DNA from: Eledone cirrhosa
Lineage: Eukaryota
DNA: 64,000 nucleotides
Direction of reading: 5' to 3'
Assembly (NCBI GenBank): GCA_964016885.1
Contig: OZ024751.1
Coordinates: 13,888,001 to 13,952,000, forward strand
In this document: positions 44,531 to 61,202 of the stretch, in pieces
Layout of the letters: each line of letters begins with the position of its first letter
Position numbering within the stretch: position 1 is the first letter of the stretch
Translations under genes and position numbers: made by a program
The notes under the pieces: generated by a model
Databases searched by the model: none
Told to the model about the DNA's origin: nothing
What the model saw: the letters and a program-made list of their open reading frames with translations, nothing else

Positions 44531-44888
44531 CTTTGTGTGTGTGTATATATATATATGTATGTGTGTATGTATGTGTTTGTATGTGTGTTTATGTGTGTAC
44601 GTGTGTGTATATATATATCTATATATATATATATATATGTATATGTATCTCTATTTATGTGTGTATATATGTGTATGTATATACCTTTTTCTTTGTATGT
44701 CTGAGTTGTGTGAGCGTGTAGTGGTGTTTGTATGTATATACGCATATATGGATGTGTATGTATTTGTATATATGCGTATATGTAAGTGCGTATGTGTGTG
44801 TGAGTATATATCTATGTCTATGTATGAGTATGTATGTGTATGTATGTATGTGTGTGTGTATGTATGTATGTGTGTATGTATATGTGTG

Positions 44889-44919
<31 letters not shown>

Positions 44920-44928
44920 GTATATATG

Positions 44929-44991
<63 letters not shown>

Positions 44992-44995
44992 TATA

Positions 44996-45026
<31 letters not shown>

Positions 45027-45107
45027 CTTTATATATGTGTATGTGTATGTATGTGTAGGTGTGTGTGTGTGTGTATATATGTATGTGTGTATATGTGTAT
45101 GTGTGTG

Positions 45108-45166
<59 letters not shown>

Positions 45167-45305
45167 ATGTGTGTATGTGTGTATATATATATTTATATAT
45201 ATATATATATATTTATATGTGGGTATGTATGTGTATGTGTGTATATGTATGAGTGTATTTATATATATATATGTATGAGTGTGTATATATATACGAGTGT
45301 TGTGA

Positions 45306-45349
<44 letters not shown>

Positions 45350-45395
45350 ATATATATATATATATGTATGCGTGTATGTGTATATGTGTGTAAAA

Positions 45396-45429
<34 letters not shown>

Positions 45430-46462
45430 TTATGTGTGTATGTGTCTATGTATTTATATGTGTATATGTATGTGTCTCTATATGTATGCGTGTGTGTATG
45501 TGTATGTGTATTTATATGGTATGTGTATGTATATGTATGTGTATGTATGTGTTTGTATATATGTGTATGTATATGTATGTATATGTATGTGTGTGTATGC
45601 GTGTGTATTTATTTATATGTCTATATGTATGTATATCGATGTATATTTTATATTTTACTTGTTTGTATATATATATGTATGTGTATGTATATGTGTATAT
45701 ATATATATGTGTGTGTATATGTGTGTGTATATATGTGTATATGTATGTGTATATATATATATATGTGTGTATATATGTGTGTATATATATATGTATATGT
45801 ATATGTGTGTGTGTGTGTATGTGTGGATGTATATATATATATATATATATATTTTCTTGATATATTTCTTTTTTCTTTTTTCTTTTTCTTTTCTTTTTAT
45901 TTCTAAGTTTATAGATACATTTATAAATAGGCAGTCTGCCGAAACCGTTGAATACTGACCTCTCCCCCCCCCCCTCCCACCTAATTTCTGTATCCTGATC
46001 TAAATATGTGTGGCAGTGTTTATGTGCGTGCATTAATGTCCATATGCTTATGATAATACTATATGCACATATATATGTGTGTGGGGGTGTGTGTGTGTAT
46101 GTATGTTCGTAGTTATGTGTATGTTTATGCATATACGCGCGTGTGTGTGTGAGTGTACGAATATGTGTGAGTATATGAATGTGTGTATACATTTATTTCA
46201 TATTTATGTGTCTATACGCATTTTATCTGTAGATTATAAACTTACAGAGACATTAGCCTTGAATTTTTGTATTTACATACATCTTTTTGGCATGCGTATG
46301 CATGTGAACATATATCTTTATGCAAATATGTGTACGAAGTTAATTACATGTATATACACACACCTAACTGCATAAAATTTTTTGTATTTTCATTGGTCAA
46401 TTTGAACTCTGTTCCCAAACGGACCTGAAATTTTGAATTGTTGTTATTATCAATAAATATAT

Positions 46463-46617
46463 TTCATTATTTCTGAAGACGGCATATATATGTGTTTGGT
46501 ATGTATATTTAATTTTGATAGTTTGTATAATTTTGTATAATTTTGTACATAGATCTGTTGAATATGCATGCCAATTCTAACACATATATATCCTAGAAAC
46601 GATCGTTAAATAATGAA
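46463..46617 (+). ncRNA. Hammerhead with 116-nt stem II domain (family D); second copy at 61261-61416 (-)
   Basis: ttcattattt CTGAAGA [tatatatgtgtt...aacacatatata] GAAA cgatcg TT aaataatgaa; perfect 10-bp stem I and palindromic ACGATCGT. Confidence 0.85.
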
Positions 46618-46814
46618 CTTTTTTTGTTTAATATAAGGAACTGTTTCATTGTTTTATTCATTATTTTTTTAATATTTTATCTTGACTCTGTATTCCGTTT
46701 ATCTTTCACCGAAAGTGATTTTTCATTGCATCTCTTCTTTCCATGATATCCGGATTACATTGAGTTCTTCATACGGATTGGACACTACCGTAAACTCTTG
46801 GTAGATTTATCTAC

Positions 46815-46866
<52 letters not shown>

Positions 46867-46934
46867 TTATATATATATATACTTATATATATATATACAT
46901 ATATACATATATATATATATACATATATATATCC

Positions 46935-46999
<65 letters not shown>

Positions 47000-47100
47000 C
47001 ATATATATATATACATATATATATATACACATATACATTTATATATATACATATATATATATACATATATACATTTATATATATACATATATATATATAC

Positions 47101-47131
<31 letters not shown>

Positions 47132-47190
47132 CACATATATATATATACATATATATATATATACATATATATATACACATATATATATAC

Positions 47191-47247
<57 letters not shown>

Positions 47248-47350
47248 CACACATATATATACATATATATATATATACATATATATATATACATATACAT
47301 ATATATATATATACACACATATATATATATATACACACATATATATATAC

Positions 47351-47383
<33 letters not shown>

Positions 47384-47388
47384 CACAC

Positions 47389-47565
<177 letters not shown>

Positions 47566-48001
47566 CATACATGTATATACATATATACATATATATATAT
47601 ATATACATATATATATACATATATACATATATATATATATACATATATATACATATATATATATATACATATATATACATATATACATATATATACATAT
47701 ATACATATATATACATATATACATATATATACATATATACATATATATACATATATACATATATATACATATATACATATATATACATATATACATATAT
47801 ATACATATATACATATATATACATATATACATATATATATATATACATATATATACATATATACATATATATACATATATACATATATATATATATACAT
47901 ATATATACATATATACATATATATACATATATACATATATATACATATATACATATATATACATATATACATATATATACATATATATATATACATACAT
48001 G

Positions 48002-48033
<32 letters not shown>

Positions 48034-48047
48034 CATATACATACATG

Positions 48048-48180
<133 letters not shown>

Positions 48181-48204
48181 ATATATATATACATATATAT
48201 ATAC

Positions 48205-48251
<47 letters not shown>

Positions 48252-48510
48252 AAAACAAATAACGAAACGAAATTAAATTTCGTTTCGTTTGTAACTCACT
48301 TTTGTATGACTGACGCTTAAACAAAGAATAGCTGGCCACTCACAGTAAAGTGACCAGTGAAAAAACTTGGTACACCTACATATGTATACGTGTGTGTATT
48401 CATATACATACTAGTATTTCAGTATACATATATGGATGTACATCTTTAACTTAATTATATATATATACATATATATATATACATATATATATATATACAT
48501 ATATATATAC

Positions 48511-48569
<59 letters not shown>

Positions 48570-48948
48570 CATATATATATACATATATATATACATATAT
48601 ATACATATATATATACATATATATACATATATACATATATATATACATATATATACATATATATATATATACATATATATATACATATATATACATATAT
48701 ATACATATATATACATATACATATATATACATATATATACATATACATATATATATATACATATATATACATATATATATATATACATATATATACATAT
48801 ATATATATATACATATATGTATACATATATATACATATATATATACATATATATACATATATATATATATACATATATATACATATATACATATATATAC
48901 ATATATACATATATACATATATATATATATACATACATATATATATAC

Positions 48949-48995
<47 letters not shown>

Positions 48996-49064
48996 CATAT
49001 ATATATACATATATACATACATATATATATACATATATATATATACATACATATATATATACAT

Positions 49065-49128
<64 letters not shown>

Positions 49129-49184
49129 ACATATATATATATATACATATATATACATATATATATATACATATATATAAATAT

Positions 49185-49592
<408 letters not shown>

Positions 49593-49739
49593 CGGAACAT
49601 CTTAACTATAATAAAGGAAGGTCTGCGGGATTGCGTCCAGAATATATTTTTTTACCCCGTTTGTAAAATAAGTTGGATTACCATGAATATTACATAATTT
49701 ACGTGCTAAATTTCGTGGCTGTTGATTAAATATATTTTA

Positions 49740-50299
49740 TCTATATATATAAAACTGAGGATGTCTGTCTGTGTGTGTGTGTGCGTGTAAGTTTGAATCC
49801 CTAAAACTAGAGAACCACCCCCCACCGACTGTTTTCAGGGAGTATTCTGAGCAAAAGAAATTTCAAATTTTCAATGTCCTAGGGACCGCATTAGGCGATT
49901 TAGCGATCTCGCTCTATAATTCTTAGTCTTTCACTTTTTAGATTGATACATACATATAACGTCGCGCCCTTATAATATCTGTCTGTATGTCTGGCTGTCT
50001 GCATTACGTCACTTCCTACAATTCGACGCGCCCTTATAATATCTGTCTGTATGTCTAGCTGTCTGCTGCCTCAAGTTATTCGGCCACCCTTGCTCAAGAC
50101 AAATCTCACACTCATTCCCCAAACAGTTTGTAAGTGCACACAATTTCTTCCTCACGTTTTAAGCCACAGTGTTGCTTACTTACGTACCACCAGACCCTTA
50201 CTTCTTTGCCAGCCGTGGTTGTGGCAATGCTAAACTTAGCTTAGGCGATTATATATTTCACAATCCCTTATCCCGTGCAACGCCGGGTACCACTGCTAG
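49740..50299 (+). mobile_element. Non-autonomous Helitron
   Basis: 5' TC(TATATATATAAAA) after A. 3' GC-rich hairpin CCCGTGC-AAC-GCCGGG, an 8-nt spacer and CTAG before T. Confidence 0.8.
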
Positions 50300-50434
50300 T
50301 GGCTTATAAAGATCTTTAAAATTAAATTCTTTAAAATTATCAAATGTCAACACCTCCGGTTAGCGGCCGTTATATTATAACACTTATAATCGCATATATT
50401 TCCGTCGCTAATTTTCTCCTAATGCAGTTTATAT

Positions 50435-50612
50435 ATAATTGTTTCTACTTTAGGCACAAGGCCAGCAATTACCCAGTGTATTACTGGTACTTTATTTATC
50501 GACCCCGTAAGGATGAAAGGCAAAGTCAACCTCGGCGGGATTTGAAGTCAGATCGTAAAGGGACGTAACTATGCTGGAAAGCATGGCGTCCGACGCTCCA
50601 ACGATACTGCCT
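50435..50612 (-). mobile_element. tRNA-derived SINE (same family as 1-950)
   Basis: Direct similarity to 570-770. Confidence 0.8.
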
Positions 50613-51159
50613 AATATTTTTTAATATATCATGGATTACTGATTACAGAAGATGGTGTAACATAGGCTTTGTTCAATTTCTGTGTATATTGTCAATTACG
50701 ATTTTATTGGATGTATCATATTTACATGCATATATATTTGTGTATAATATCATTATACACACTGCACCTGCTAGCCGAAAACCAACTGTAGGGTGTTTTT
50801 TTCTGCTAGTTTATTATAATGCCCCGTTTGTTCGTAAACAAACAATCCTTAATATGCATAAGGAAAGTATATACTTTCAAACGTTCAATAGAGTCGAAAG
50901 CGTCGATCCCATAAAAGTGTTTTACAAGGACGAACAACCCCGCACCCATCCGTTGCCCCACCCCGCTCCTCACATAGCTAAACTACTGGCTCAGAACGGT
51001 TGTTGTTTTGAAATCCTGCTCGCTTCTGTCTACGGCTAAAGTACACCATTACATGGTATGTGTTGAACCCCAAAACCCCAGCCACAACCCTCATCCCTAG
51101 TGAAATCTATGGGAAAAAAATTGTTATATGAATAAGGGGGAGGACATTTCTTACTACAG

Positions 51160-51254
51160 AGACTGACTTTAAATGGTTTGATAAAAAGGACCGCTTCCGG
51201 AGATTTCACATTCAACTGGTCGCTCAACAAAGAAGAAAAAAGCAACACAAAGGC
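51160..51254 (+). CDS. Speculative 95-nt host exon (RLTLNGLIKRTASGDFTFNWSLNKEEKSNTK)
   Basis: Acceptor TTTCTTACTACAG| and strong donor |GTGAGT; two frames are open; no homology recognised. Confidence 0.25.
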
Positions 51255-51276
51255 GTGAGTGCGGAATTTACAATTA

Positions 51277-51649
51277 CAGTTGCCTCCACCCACCCCGTAT
51301 TTGCGGGGATTACGTGCCTAGAGAACCCGCGAAGCGTGAGAACACGCGAAGCGTGAAAACCCGCGGAGCGTGAAAACCCGCGAATATTTGATATGGTCGA
51401 TAAAAATGCCTATAAACGTCAAAATATAACGTAAAATATAATTTTTTTTTAAAAATAGAGGGAGCATCTTATGCGAAGGAGCGTTTAATAGGCCGGCAAA
51501 TACATTATGTTGTTATTAATGATTTAACGTTAAAAAATATATATTCCCACGAAAAAAGTCATTAAAAAATCGCTGAAGATATTTACGATTCCGCGAATAA
51601 TTATTAATTAGGTTCTAAAGAAAATTCCGCGAATACCAGGGGTCCACTG
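51277..51649. mobile_element. Tc1/mariner pogo/Tigger-like MITE
   Basis: TA|CAGT....CCCCGTATTTGCGG and CCGCGAATACCAGGGGTCCACTG|TA form imperfect TIRs with TA flanks. Internal 18-bp repeats (AACCCGCGAAGCGTGA). Confidence 0.65.
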
Positions 51650-51987
51650 TATAAGGTCATGGGTTCGATTACTAAACCAGACAGAGTAGTGTAGTGTTCT
51701 TGAGCAAAACGCATTAATTCGTGTTGCTTTCTCGTGCTAAGACTAGGGCCCTTTATCATTAAAATACATGATAAACCTCCTATCGAATGCAACCTCATAG
51801 GAGGTTTGCTAAACCTACATAGGTGTGAGCTGTAAATTTAACTCCATGTATTATTGAGACTATCTTCAACACGTAAACCAACTCGAAAGTAGGCGCCAGC
51901 CACCAGCACTTGGCGCATACAAATTATTTCACCTTTTCGCTATCATATTTTTAATGAAATACATCACCTATGATTTTCCATTGGGTG

Positions 51988-52262
51988 AAGGCGCGTGGCC
52001 TAGTGGTTATGGTGTTGAACTTACGATTTTAATATCATAGGTAGAGTTCCTGAACCGGCTTCTATACTGTGTTCTTGAACAAAACATTTCATTTCGTGTT
52101 GTTCCAGTACACTCAGCTGAAAATGGTGACCAGCAATAACCAGAGGTTTAACCCTGCGATAAGCAGGCGCCCTCTCCAGGAGGAAGTGTTGTATTCTCAG
52201 TCGATTAACACTGAAGAAACTGGGATGGGTACCGGCCTAATGATCCCCTGGGCTTGTAATAA
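51988..52262 (+). mobile_element. Diverged tRNA-derived CORE-type SINE
   Basis: GGCGCGTGGCCTAGTGGTTA head and TGTGTTCTTGAACAAAACA..CCAGT.CACTCAGCTG.AAAATG core. Confidence 0.65.
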
Positions 52263-52329
52263 ACTTAAGAAATTTTAGATTTTCAATTAATTTTGACAAT
52301 AATCATGAATTTTGAGAGATTAAGTAAAA

Positions 52330-52510
52330 TAAACATTGTTATATTTGAGGAGGGCCATGCTGTTCTAATATTGCTAAAAATAGTAAAACACACTCACTGT
52401 TTGGTTTGGTGTTCGTTGCAGTATATTTTTATATTTCTATAAATAATTTAGCTGGCAATCAATGTTTATCATTGATTGACCAAAAGTAAAAAAAAATATA
52501 AAACATCAAT
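52330..52510 (-). mobile_element. Old PLE terminal fragment related to 3410-3500 and 4800-4958
   Basis: CATTGTTATA.TT..GGAGGG.CATG...AACACACTCACTGTTTGGTT is shared. Confidence 0.55.
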
Positions 52511-52637
52511 ATAATTTCTCAAAGTAAATAACTTTATCATGTTTAAACTGTTGTTTGAAACATAAATTAGTGCTAGTGGTGGGGGTAATGATAGTGGTGA
52601 TAATGGTTGAGGTAATGTTAGTGGTGGTGTTAGTGAA

Positions 52638-52956
52638 GGCGTGTGGCTTTGTGGTTAAGGTATTCGGCTCACAATCCTAAATTCGTGAGTTCGATTCCCG
52701 GCGGCGCGTTGTGTCCTTCAGCAAGACACTTTATTTCACGTTGCTCCAGTCCACTCAGCTGGCAAAAATGAGCTGTACCTGTAATTCAAAGGGCCAGCCT
52801 TGTCACATTCTGTGTCACGCTGAATCTCCCTAAGAACTACGTTAAGAGTACGCACGTCTGTGGAATGCTCAGCCACTTGCACCTTAATTTCATGAGCAAG
52901 CTGTTCCGTTGATCGGATCTATTAGAATACTCATCGTCGTAACCAACGGAGCGCCA
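52638..52956 (+). mobile_element. tRNA-derived CORE-type SINE (resembles octopus SINEs)
   Basis: A box TGGCTTTGTGG, B box GTTCGATTCC, core TTGTGTCCTTCAGCAAGACACTTT...CAGCTGGCAAAAATGAG. The 3' tail is repeated at 53343-53414. Confidence 0.75.
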
Positions 52957-53778
52957 TCAAAGCCTAAATACTGAGCTCTACGTTCAAATCCCTCCGTGAC
53001 CAACTTGATCTTTCATCATTAGGGGTTGAATTAAATAAAGTATCAACCAATGGATAGAGAAGTGGATTAGTACAGTCGTTCAAGCCTTGAATTAAATGTC
53101 TAGTGGTATTTTTCCGGAGGCTCTCTGCATTCCGAGATCAAATCCCGTTGACATCAATTTTACCATTCGTCCCTCCGGGATCGTTAAATAAAGTACCGGG
53201 CAGGATAGTGAGATAACAGAATTGTTAGAGTGTCAGATGTGATGGCTATTTGCGTTCTGAATTCGCTTGTCAGGTCACTAATGCCAAGCAGTGCCACTAC
53301 TTTACGTTTCATTCTTTCAAGGTCGATACATAAAATACCTGTAAATTTCACGAGCAAGATGTTCCGTTGATCAGATCAATTGGAACACTCGTCGTCGTAA
53401 CCGACGGAGTGCCATGATGATATGATGAGTAGTGGTGATGGTGACGGCATCCGTGTGCTAAGATTTGCTATATTAAACATACAACTATTCATATTGTAAC
53501 AACACAAACAAAACCAAGAATGTTTCTTTTCAATTCTAATGTATGCTTATTGCCGATTCATAACTTTTATTTGAATTGGTTTCTTATAGTTATAGATATT
53601 ATAAGTGTGTGTGTATTTCTGTGTAAGTATGATCGGATGTGTATAAACATACACACACACATACACACACTCATATCTATATACTCACTCACACACATAT
53701 ATATATACATATATATATACACACACACATATATATATATATAACATATATATACACACATACACACACATATATATA

Positions 53779-53812
<34 letters not shown>

Positions 53813-53852
53813 CATATATACATAAATATATATATATATATACATATATATA

Positions 53853-55202
<1,350 letters not shown>

Positions 55203-55213
55203 TATATATATAC

Positions 55214-55286
<73 letters not shown>

Positions 55287-55313
55287 AATATATATATATA
55301 CATATATATATAT

Positions 55314-58300
55314 GAATATAGACATAGAATATTCGAAAATATTCTGTATGTTTATAATAAACATTTTGAAGACCTAATCGCTATAGAATAGAATACGTCA
55401 CGTATTACAATTAGATTCTCGATAAAAGCAAGGGAAGTAATCTACGCGTTTCATTCTCGTTAGAAATCATCAGGACCACATATCCAGTGCTTTTATCGAG
55501 AATGACACAGCTAGAGACTTATAGAATACTTAGCTGTGTACAGGAACTGGTTTGAAAGAGCGGTTGCCGGTCCGGCAGAAATTAGAAATTGGAATAAATG
55601 CTCTGAAATAGCGATATATATGTGAATATAGACATAGAATATTCGAAAATATTCTGTATGTTTATAATAAACATTTTGAAGACCTAATCGCTATAGAATA
55701 GAATACGTCACGTATTACAATTAGATTCTCGATAAAAGCAAGGGAAGTAATCTACGCGTTTCATTCTCGTTAGAAATCATCAGGACCACATATCCAGTGC
55801 TTTTATCGAGAATGACACAGCTAGAGACTTATAGAATACTTAGCTGTGTACAGGAACTGGTTTGAAAGAGCGGTTGCCGGTCCGGCAGAAATTAGAAATT
55901 GGAATAAATGCTCTGAAATAGCGATATATATGTGAATATAGACATAGAATATTCGAAAATATTCTGTATGTTTATAATAAACATTTTGAAGACCTAATCG
56001 CTATAGAATAGAATACGTCACGTATTACAATTAGATTCTCGATAAAAGCAAGGGAAGTAATCTACGCGTTTCATTCTCGTTAGAAATCATCAGGACCACA
56101 TATCCAGTGCTTTTATCGAGAATGACACAGCTAGAGACTTATAGAATACTTAGCTGTGTACAGGAACTGGTTTGAAAGAGCGGTTGCCGGTCCGGCAGAA
56201 ATTAGAAATTGGAATAAATGCTCTGAAATAGCGATATATATGTGAATATAGACATAGAATATTCGAAAATATTCTGTATGTTTATAATAAACATTTTGAA
56301 GACCTAATCGCTATAGAATAGAATACGTCACGTATTACAATTAGATTCTCGATAAAAGCAAGGGAAGTAATCTACGCGTTTCATTCTCGTTAGAAATCAT
56401 CAGGACCACATATCCAGTGCTTTTATCGAGAATGACACAGCTAGAGACTTATAGAATACTTAGCTGTGTACAGGAACTGGTTTGAAAGAGCGGTTGCCGG
56501 TCCGGCAGAAATTAGAAATTGGAATAAATGCTCTGAAATAGCGATATATATGTGAATATAGACATAGAATATTCGAAAATATTCTGTATGTTTATAATAA
56601 ACATTTTGAAGACCTAATCGCTATAGAATAGAATACGTCACGTATTACAATTAGATTCTCGATAAAAGCAAGGGAAGTAATCTACGCGTTTCATTCTCGT
56701 TAGAAATCATCAGGACCACATATCCAGTGCTTTTATCGAGAATGACACAGCTAGAGACTTATAGAATACTTAGCTGTGTACAGGAACTGGTTTGAAAGAG
56801 CGGTTGCCGGTCCGGCAGAAATTAGAAATTGGAATAAATGCTCTGAAATAGCGATATATATGTGAATATAGACATAGAATATTCGAAAATATTCTGTATG
56901 TTTATAATAAACATTTTGAAGACCTAATCGCTATAGAATAGAATACGTCACGTATTACAATTAGATTCTCGATAAAAGCAAGGGAAGTAATCTACGCGTT
57001 TCATTCTCGTTAGAAATCATCAGGACCACATATCCAGTGCTTTTATCGAGAATGACACAGCTAGAGACTTATAGAATACTTAGCTGTGTACAGGAACTGG
57101 TTTGAAAGAGCGGTTGCCGGTCCGGCAGAAATTAGAAATTGGAATAAATGCTCTGAAATAGCGATATATATGTGAATATAGACATAGAATATTCGAAAAT
57201 ATTCTGTATGTTTATAATAAACATTTTGAAGACCTAATCGCTATAGAATAGAATACGTCACGTATTACAATTAGATTCTCGATAAAAGCAAGGGAAGTAA
57301 TCTACGCGTTTCATTCTCGTTAGAATAAACATACAGAATATTTTCGAATATTCTATGTCTATATTCACATATATATCGCTATTTCAGAGCATTTATTCCA
57401 ATTTCTAATTTCTGCCGGACCGGCAACCGCTCTTTCAAACCAGTTCCTGTACACAGCTAAGTATTCTATAAGTCTCTAGCTGTGTCATTCTCGATAAAAG
57501 CACTGGATATGTGGTCCTGATGATTTCTAACGAGAATGAAACGCGTAGATTACTTCCCTTGCTTTTATCGAGAATCTAATTGTAATACGTGACGTATTCT
57601 ATTCTATAGCGATTAGGTCTTCAAAATGTTTATTATAAACATACAGAATATTTTCGAATATTCTATGTCTATATTCACATATATATCGCTATTTCAGAGC
57701 ATTTATTCCAATTTCTAATTTCTGCCGGACCGGCAACCGCTCTTTCAAACCAGTTCCTGTACACAGCTAAGTATTCTATAAGTCTCTAGCTGTGTCATTC
57801 TCGATAAAAGCACTGGATATGTGGTCCTGATGATTTCTAACGAGAATGAAACGCGTAGATTACTTCCCTTGCTTTTATCGAGAATCTAATTGTAATACGT
57901 GACGTATTCTATTCTATAGCGATTAGGTCTTCAAAATGTTTATTATAAACATACAGAATATTTTCGAATATTCTATGTCTATATTCACATATATATCGCT
58001 ATTTCAGAGCATTTATTCCAATTTCTAATTTCTGCCGGACCGGCAACCGCTCTTTCAAACCAGTTCCTGTACACAGCTAAGTATTCTATAAGTCTCTAGC
58101 TGTGTCATTCTCGATAAAAGCACTGGATATGTGGTCCTGATGATTTCTAACGAGAATGAAACGCGTAGATTACTTCCCTTGCTTTTATCGAGAATCTAAT
58201 TGTAATACGTGACGTATTCTATTCTATAGCGATTAGGTCTTCAAAATGTTTATTATAAACATACAGAATATTTTCGAATATTCTATGTCTATATTCACAT

Positions 58301-59570
58301 ATATATCGCTATTTCAGAGCATTTATTCCAATTTCTAATTTCTGCCGGACCGGCAACCGCTCTTTCAAACCAGTTCCTGTACACAGCTAAGTATTCTATA
58401 AGTCTCTAGCTGTGTCATTCTCGATAAAAGCACTGGATATGTGGTCCTGATGATTTCTAACGAGAATGAAACGCGTAGATTACTTCCCTTGCTTTTATCG
58501 AGAATCTAATTGTAATACGTGACGTATTCTATTCTATAGCGATTAGGTCTTCAAAATGTTTATTATAAACATACAGAATATTTTCGAATATTCTATGTCT
58601 ATATTCACATATATATCGCTATTTCAGAGCATTTATTCCAATTTCTAATTTCTGCCGGACCGGCAACCGCTCTTTCAAACCAGTTCCTGTACACAGCTAA
58701 GTATTCTATAAGTCTCTAGCTGTGTCATTCTCGATAAAAGCACTGGATATGTGGTCCTGATGATTTCTAACGAGAATGAAACGCGTAGATTACTTCCCTT
58801 GCTTTTATCGAGAATCTAATTGTAATACGTGACGTATTCTATTCTATAGCGATTAGGTCTTCAAAATGTTTATTATAAACATACAGAATATTTTCGAATA
58901 TTCTATGTCTATATTCACATATATATCGCTATTTCAGAGCATTTATTCCAATTTCTAATTTCTGCCGGACCGGCAACCGCTCTTTCAAACCAGTTCCTGT
59001 ACACAGCTAAGTATTCTATAAGTCTCTAGCTGTGTCATTCTCGATAAAAGCACTGGATATGTGGTCCTGATGATTTCTAACGAGAATGAAACGCGTAGAT
59101 TACTTCCCTTGCTTTTATCGAGAATCTAATTGTAATACGTGACGTATTCTATTCTATAGCGATTAGGTCTTCAAAATGTTTATTATAAACATACAGAATA
59201 TTTTCGAATATTCTATGTCTATATTCACATATATATCGCTATTTCAGAGCATTTATTCCAATTTCTAATTTCTGCCGGACCGGCAACCGCTCTTTCAAAC
59301 CAGTTCCTGTACACAGCTAAGTATTCTATAAGTCTCTAGCTGTGTCATTCTCGATAAAAGCACTGGATATGTGGTCCTGATGATTTCTAACGAGAATGAA
59401 ACGCGTAGATTACTTCCCTTGCTTTTATCGAGAATCTAATTGTAATACGTGACGTATTCTATTCTATAGCGATTAGGTCTTCAAAATGTTTATTATAAAC
59501 ATACAGAATATTTTCGAATATTCTATGTCTATATTCACATATATATCGCTATTTCAGAGCATTTATTCCA

Positions 59571-59571
<1 letters not shown>
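55314..59571. mobile_element. Retrozyme-like array: 310-bp HHR unit, about 6.5 copies (- sense) plus about 7.25 copies (+ sense), inverted at about 57325
   Basis: GACATAGAAT at 55321, 55631 ... 57181; ATATTCACAT at 57361 ... 59531. No ORF; one HHR per unit; flanked by (TA)n. Confidence 0.92.
57487..57575 (+). ncRNA. Minimal type I hammerhead (representative; repeats every 310 bp; first minus copy at 55415-55503)
   Basis: attctcgataaaagca..gtggtc CTGATGA t ttct-aacg-agaa t GAAA cgcg TA gattac..tgcttttatcgagaat; palindromic ACGCGT and a 16-bp outer helix. Confidence 0.92.
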
Positions 59572-59631
<60 letters not shown>

Positions 59632-59633
59632 CA

Positions 59634-59760
<127 letters not shown>

Positions 59761-59793
59761 CATATATATGTACATATATATATAAATATATAC

Positions 59794-59826
<33 letters not shown>

Positions 59827-59881
59827 CATATATATATACATATATATATAAATATATATATATATATACATATATATATAA

Positions 59882-59948
<67 letters not shown>

Positions 59949-59949
59949 C

Positions 59950-59984
<35 letters not shown>

Positions 59985-60051
59985 CATATATATATACATA
60001 TATATATAAATATATATATATATATACATATATATATAAATATATATATAC

Positions 60052-60086
<35 letters not shown>

Positions 60087-60095
60087 CATATATAC

Positions 60096-60130
<35 letters not shown>

Positions 60131-60139
60131 CATATATAC

Positions 60140-60174
<35 letters not shown>

Positions 60175-60186
60175 CATATATATATA

Positions 60187-60222
<36 letters not shown>

Positions 60223-60415
60223 CATATATACATAAATATATATACATATATACATAAATATATATATATACATAAATATATATATATATACATAAATATA
60301 TATATATATATACATATATACATATATATATATATACATAAATATATATATATATATACATATATACATATATATATATATACATAAATATATATATACA
60401 TAAATATATATATAT

Positions 60416-60462
<47 letters not shown>

Positions 60463-60499
60463 TATATACATATATATATATATACATATATATATATAC

Positions 60500-60702
<203 letters not shown>

Positions 60703-60717
60703 CATATATATATATAC

Positions 60718-60748
<31 letters not shown>

Positions 60749-60763
60749 CATATATATATATAC

Positions 60764-60796
<33 letters not shown>

Positions 60797-60853
60797 CATA
60801 TATACATATATATATATATACATAAATATATATATACATAAATATATATATAT

Positions 60854-60900
<47 letters not shown>

Positions 60901-60907
60901 TATATAC

Positions 60908-60938
<31 letters not shown>

Positions 60939-60939
60939 C

Positions 60940-61034
<95 letters not shown>

Positions 61035-61047
61035 CATATATATATAT

Positions 61048-61132
<85 letters not shown>

Positions 61133-61143
61133 TACATATATAT

Positions 61144-61202
<59 letters not shown>

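Larger units (their letters stand above)
40714..46812 (+). mobile_element. 5'-truncated Naiad-like PLE (family D) with a very long microsatellite-containing 3' region
   Basis: RT-EN at 40714-42618, degenerate AT-rich tandem units at about 42630-43530, HHR at 46463-46617 and tail to 46812. Continuity across the 43.8-45.9 kb microsatellite is inferred. Confidence 0.7.

Noticed and set aside
52638-52710. tRNA gene
   Set aside because: The A and B boxes continue into a SINE core and tail; no complete cloverleaf or terminator.
55314-59571. CRISPR array or ordinary satellite
   Set aside because: Whole units are identical with no unique spacers, there are no cas genes and the context is eukaryotic. 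The ribozyme per unit and the central inversion argue against a plain satellite.
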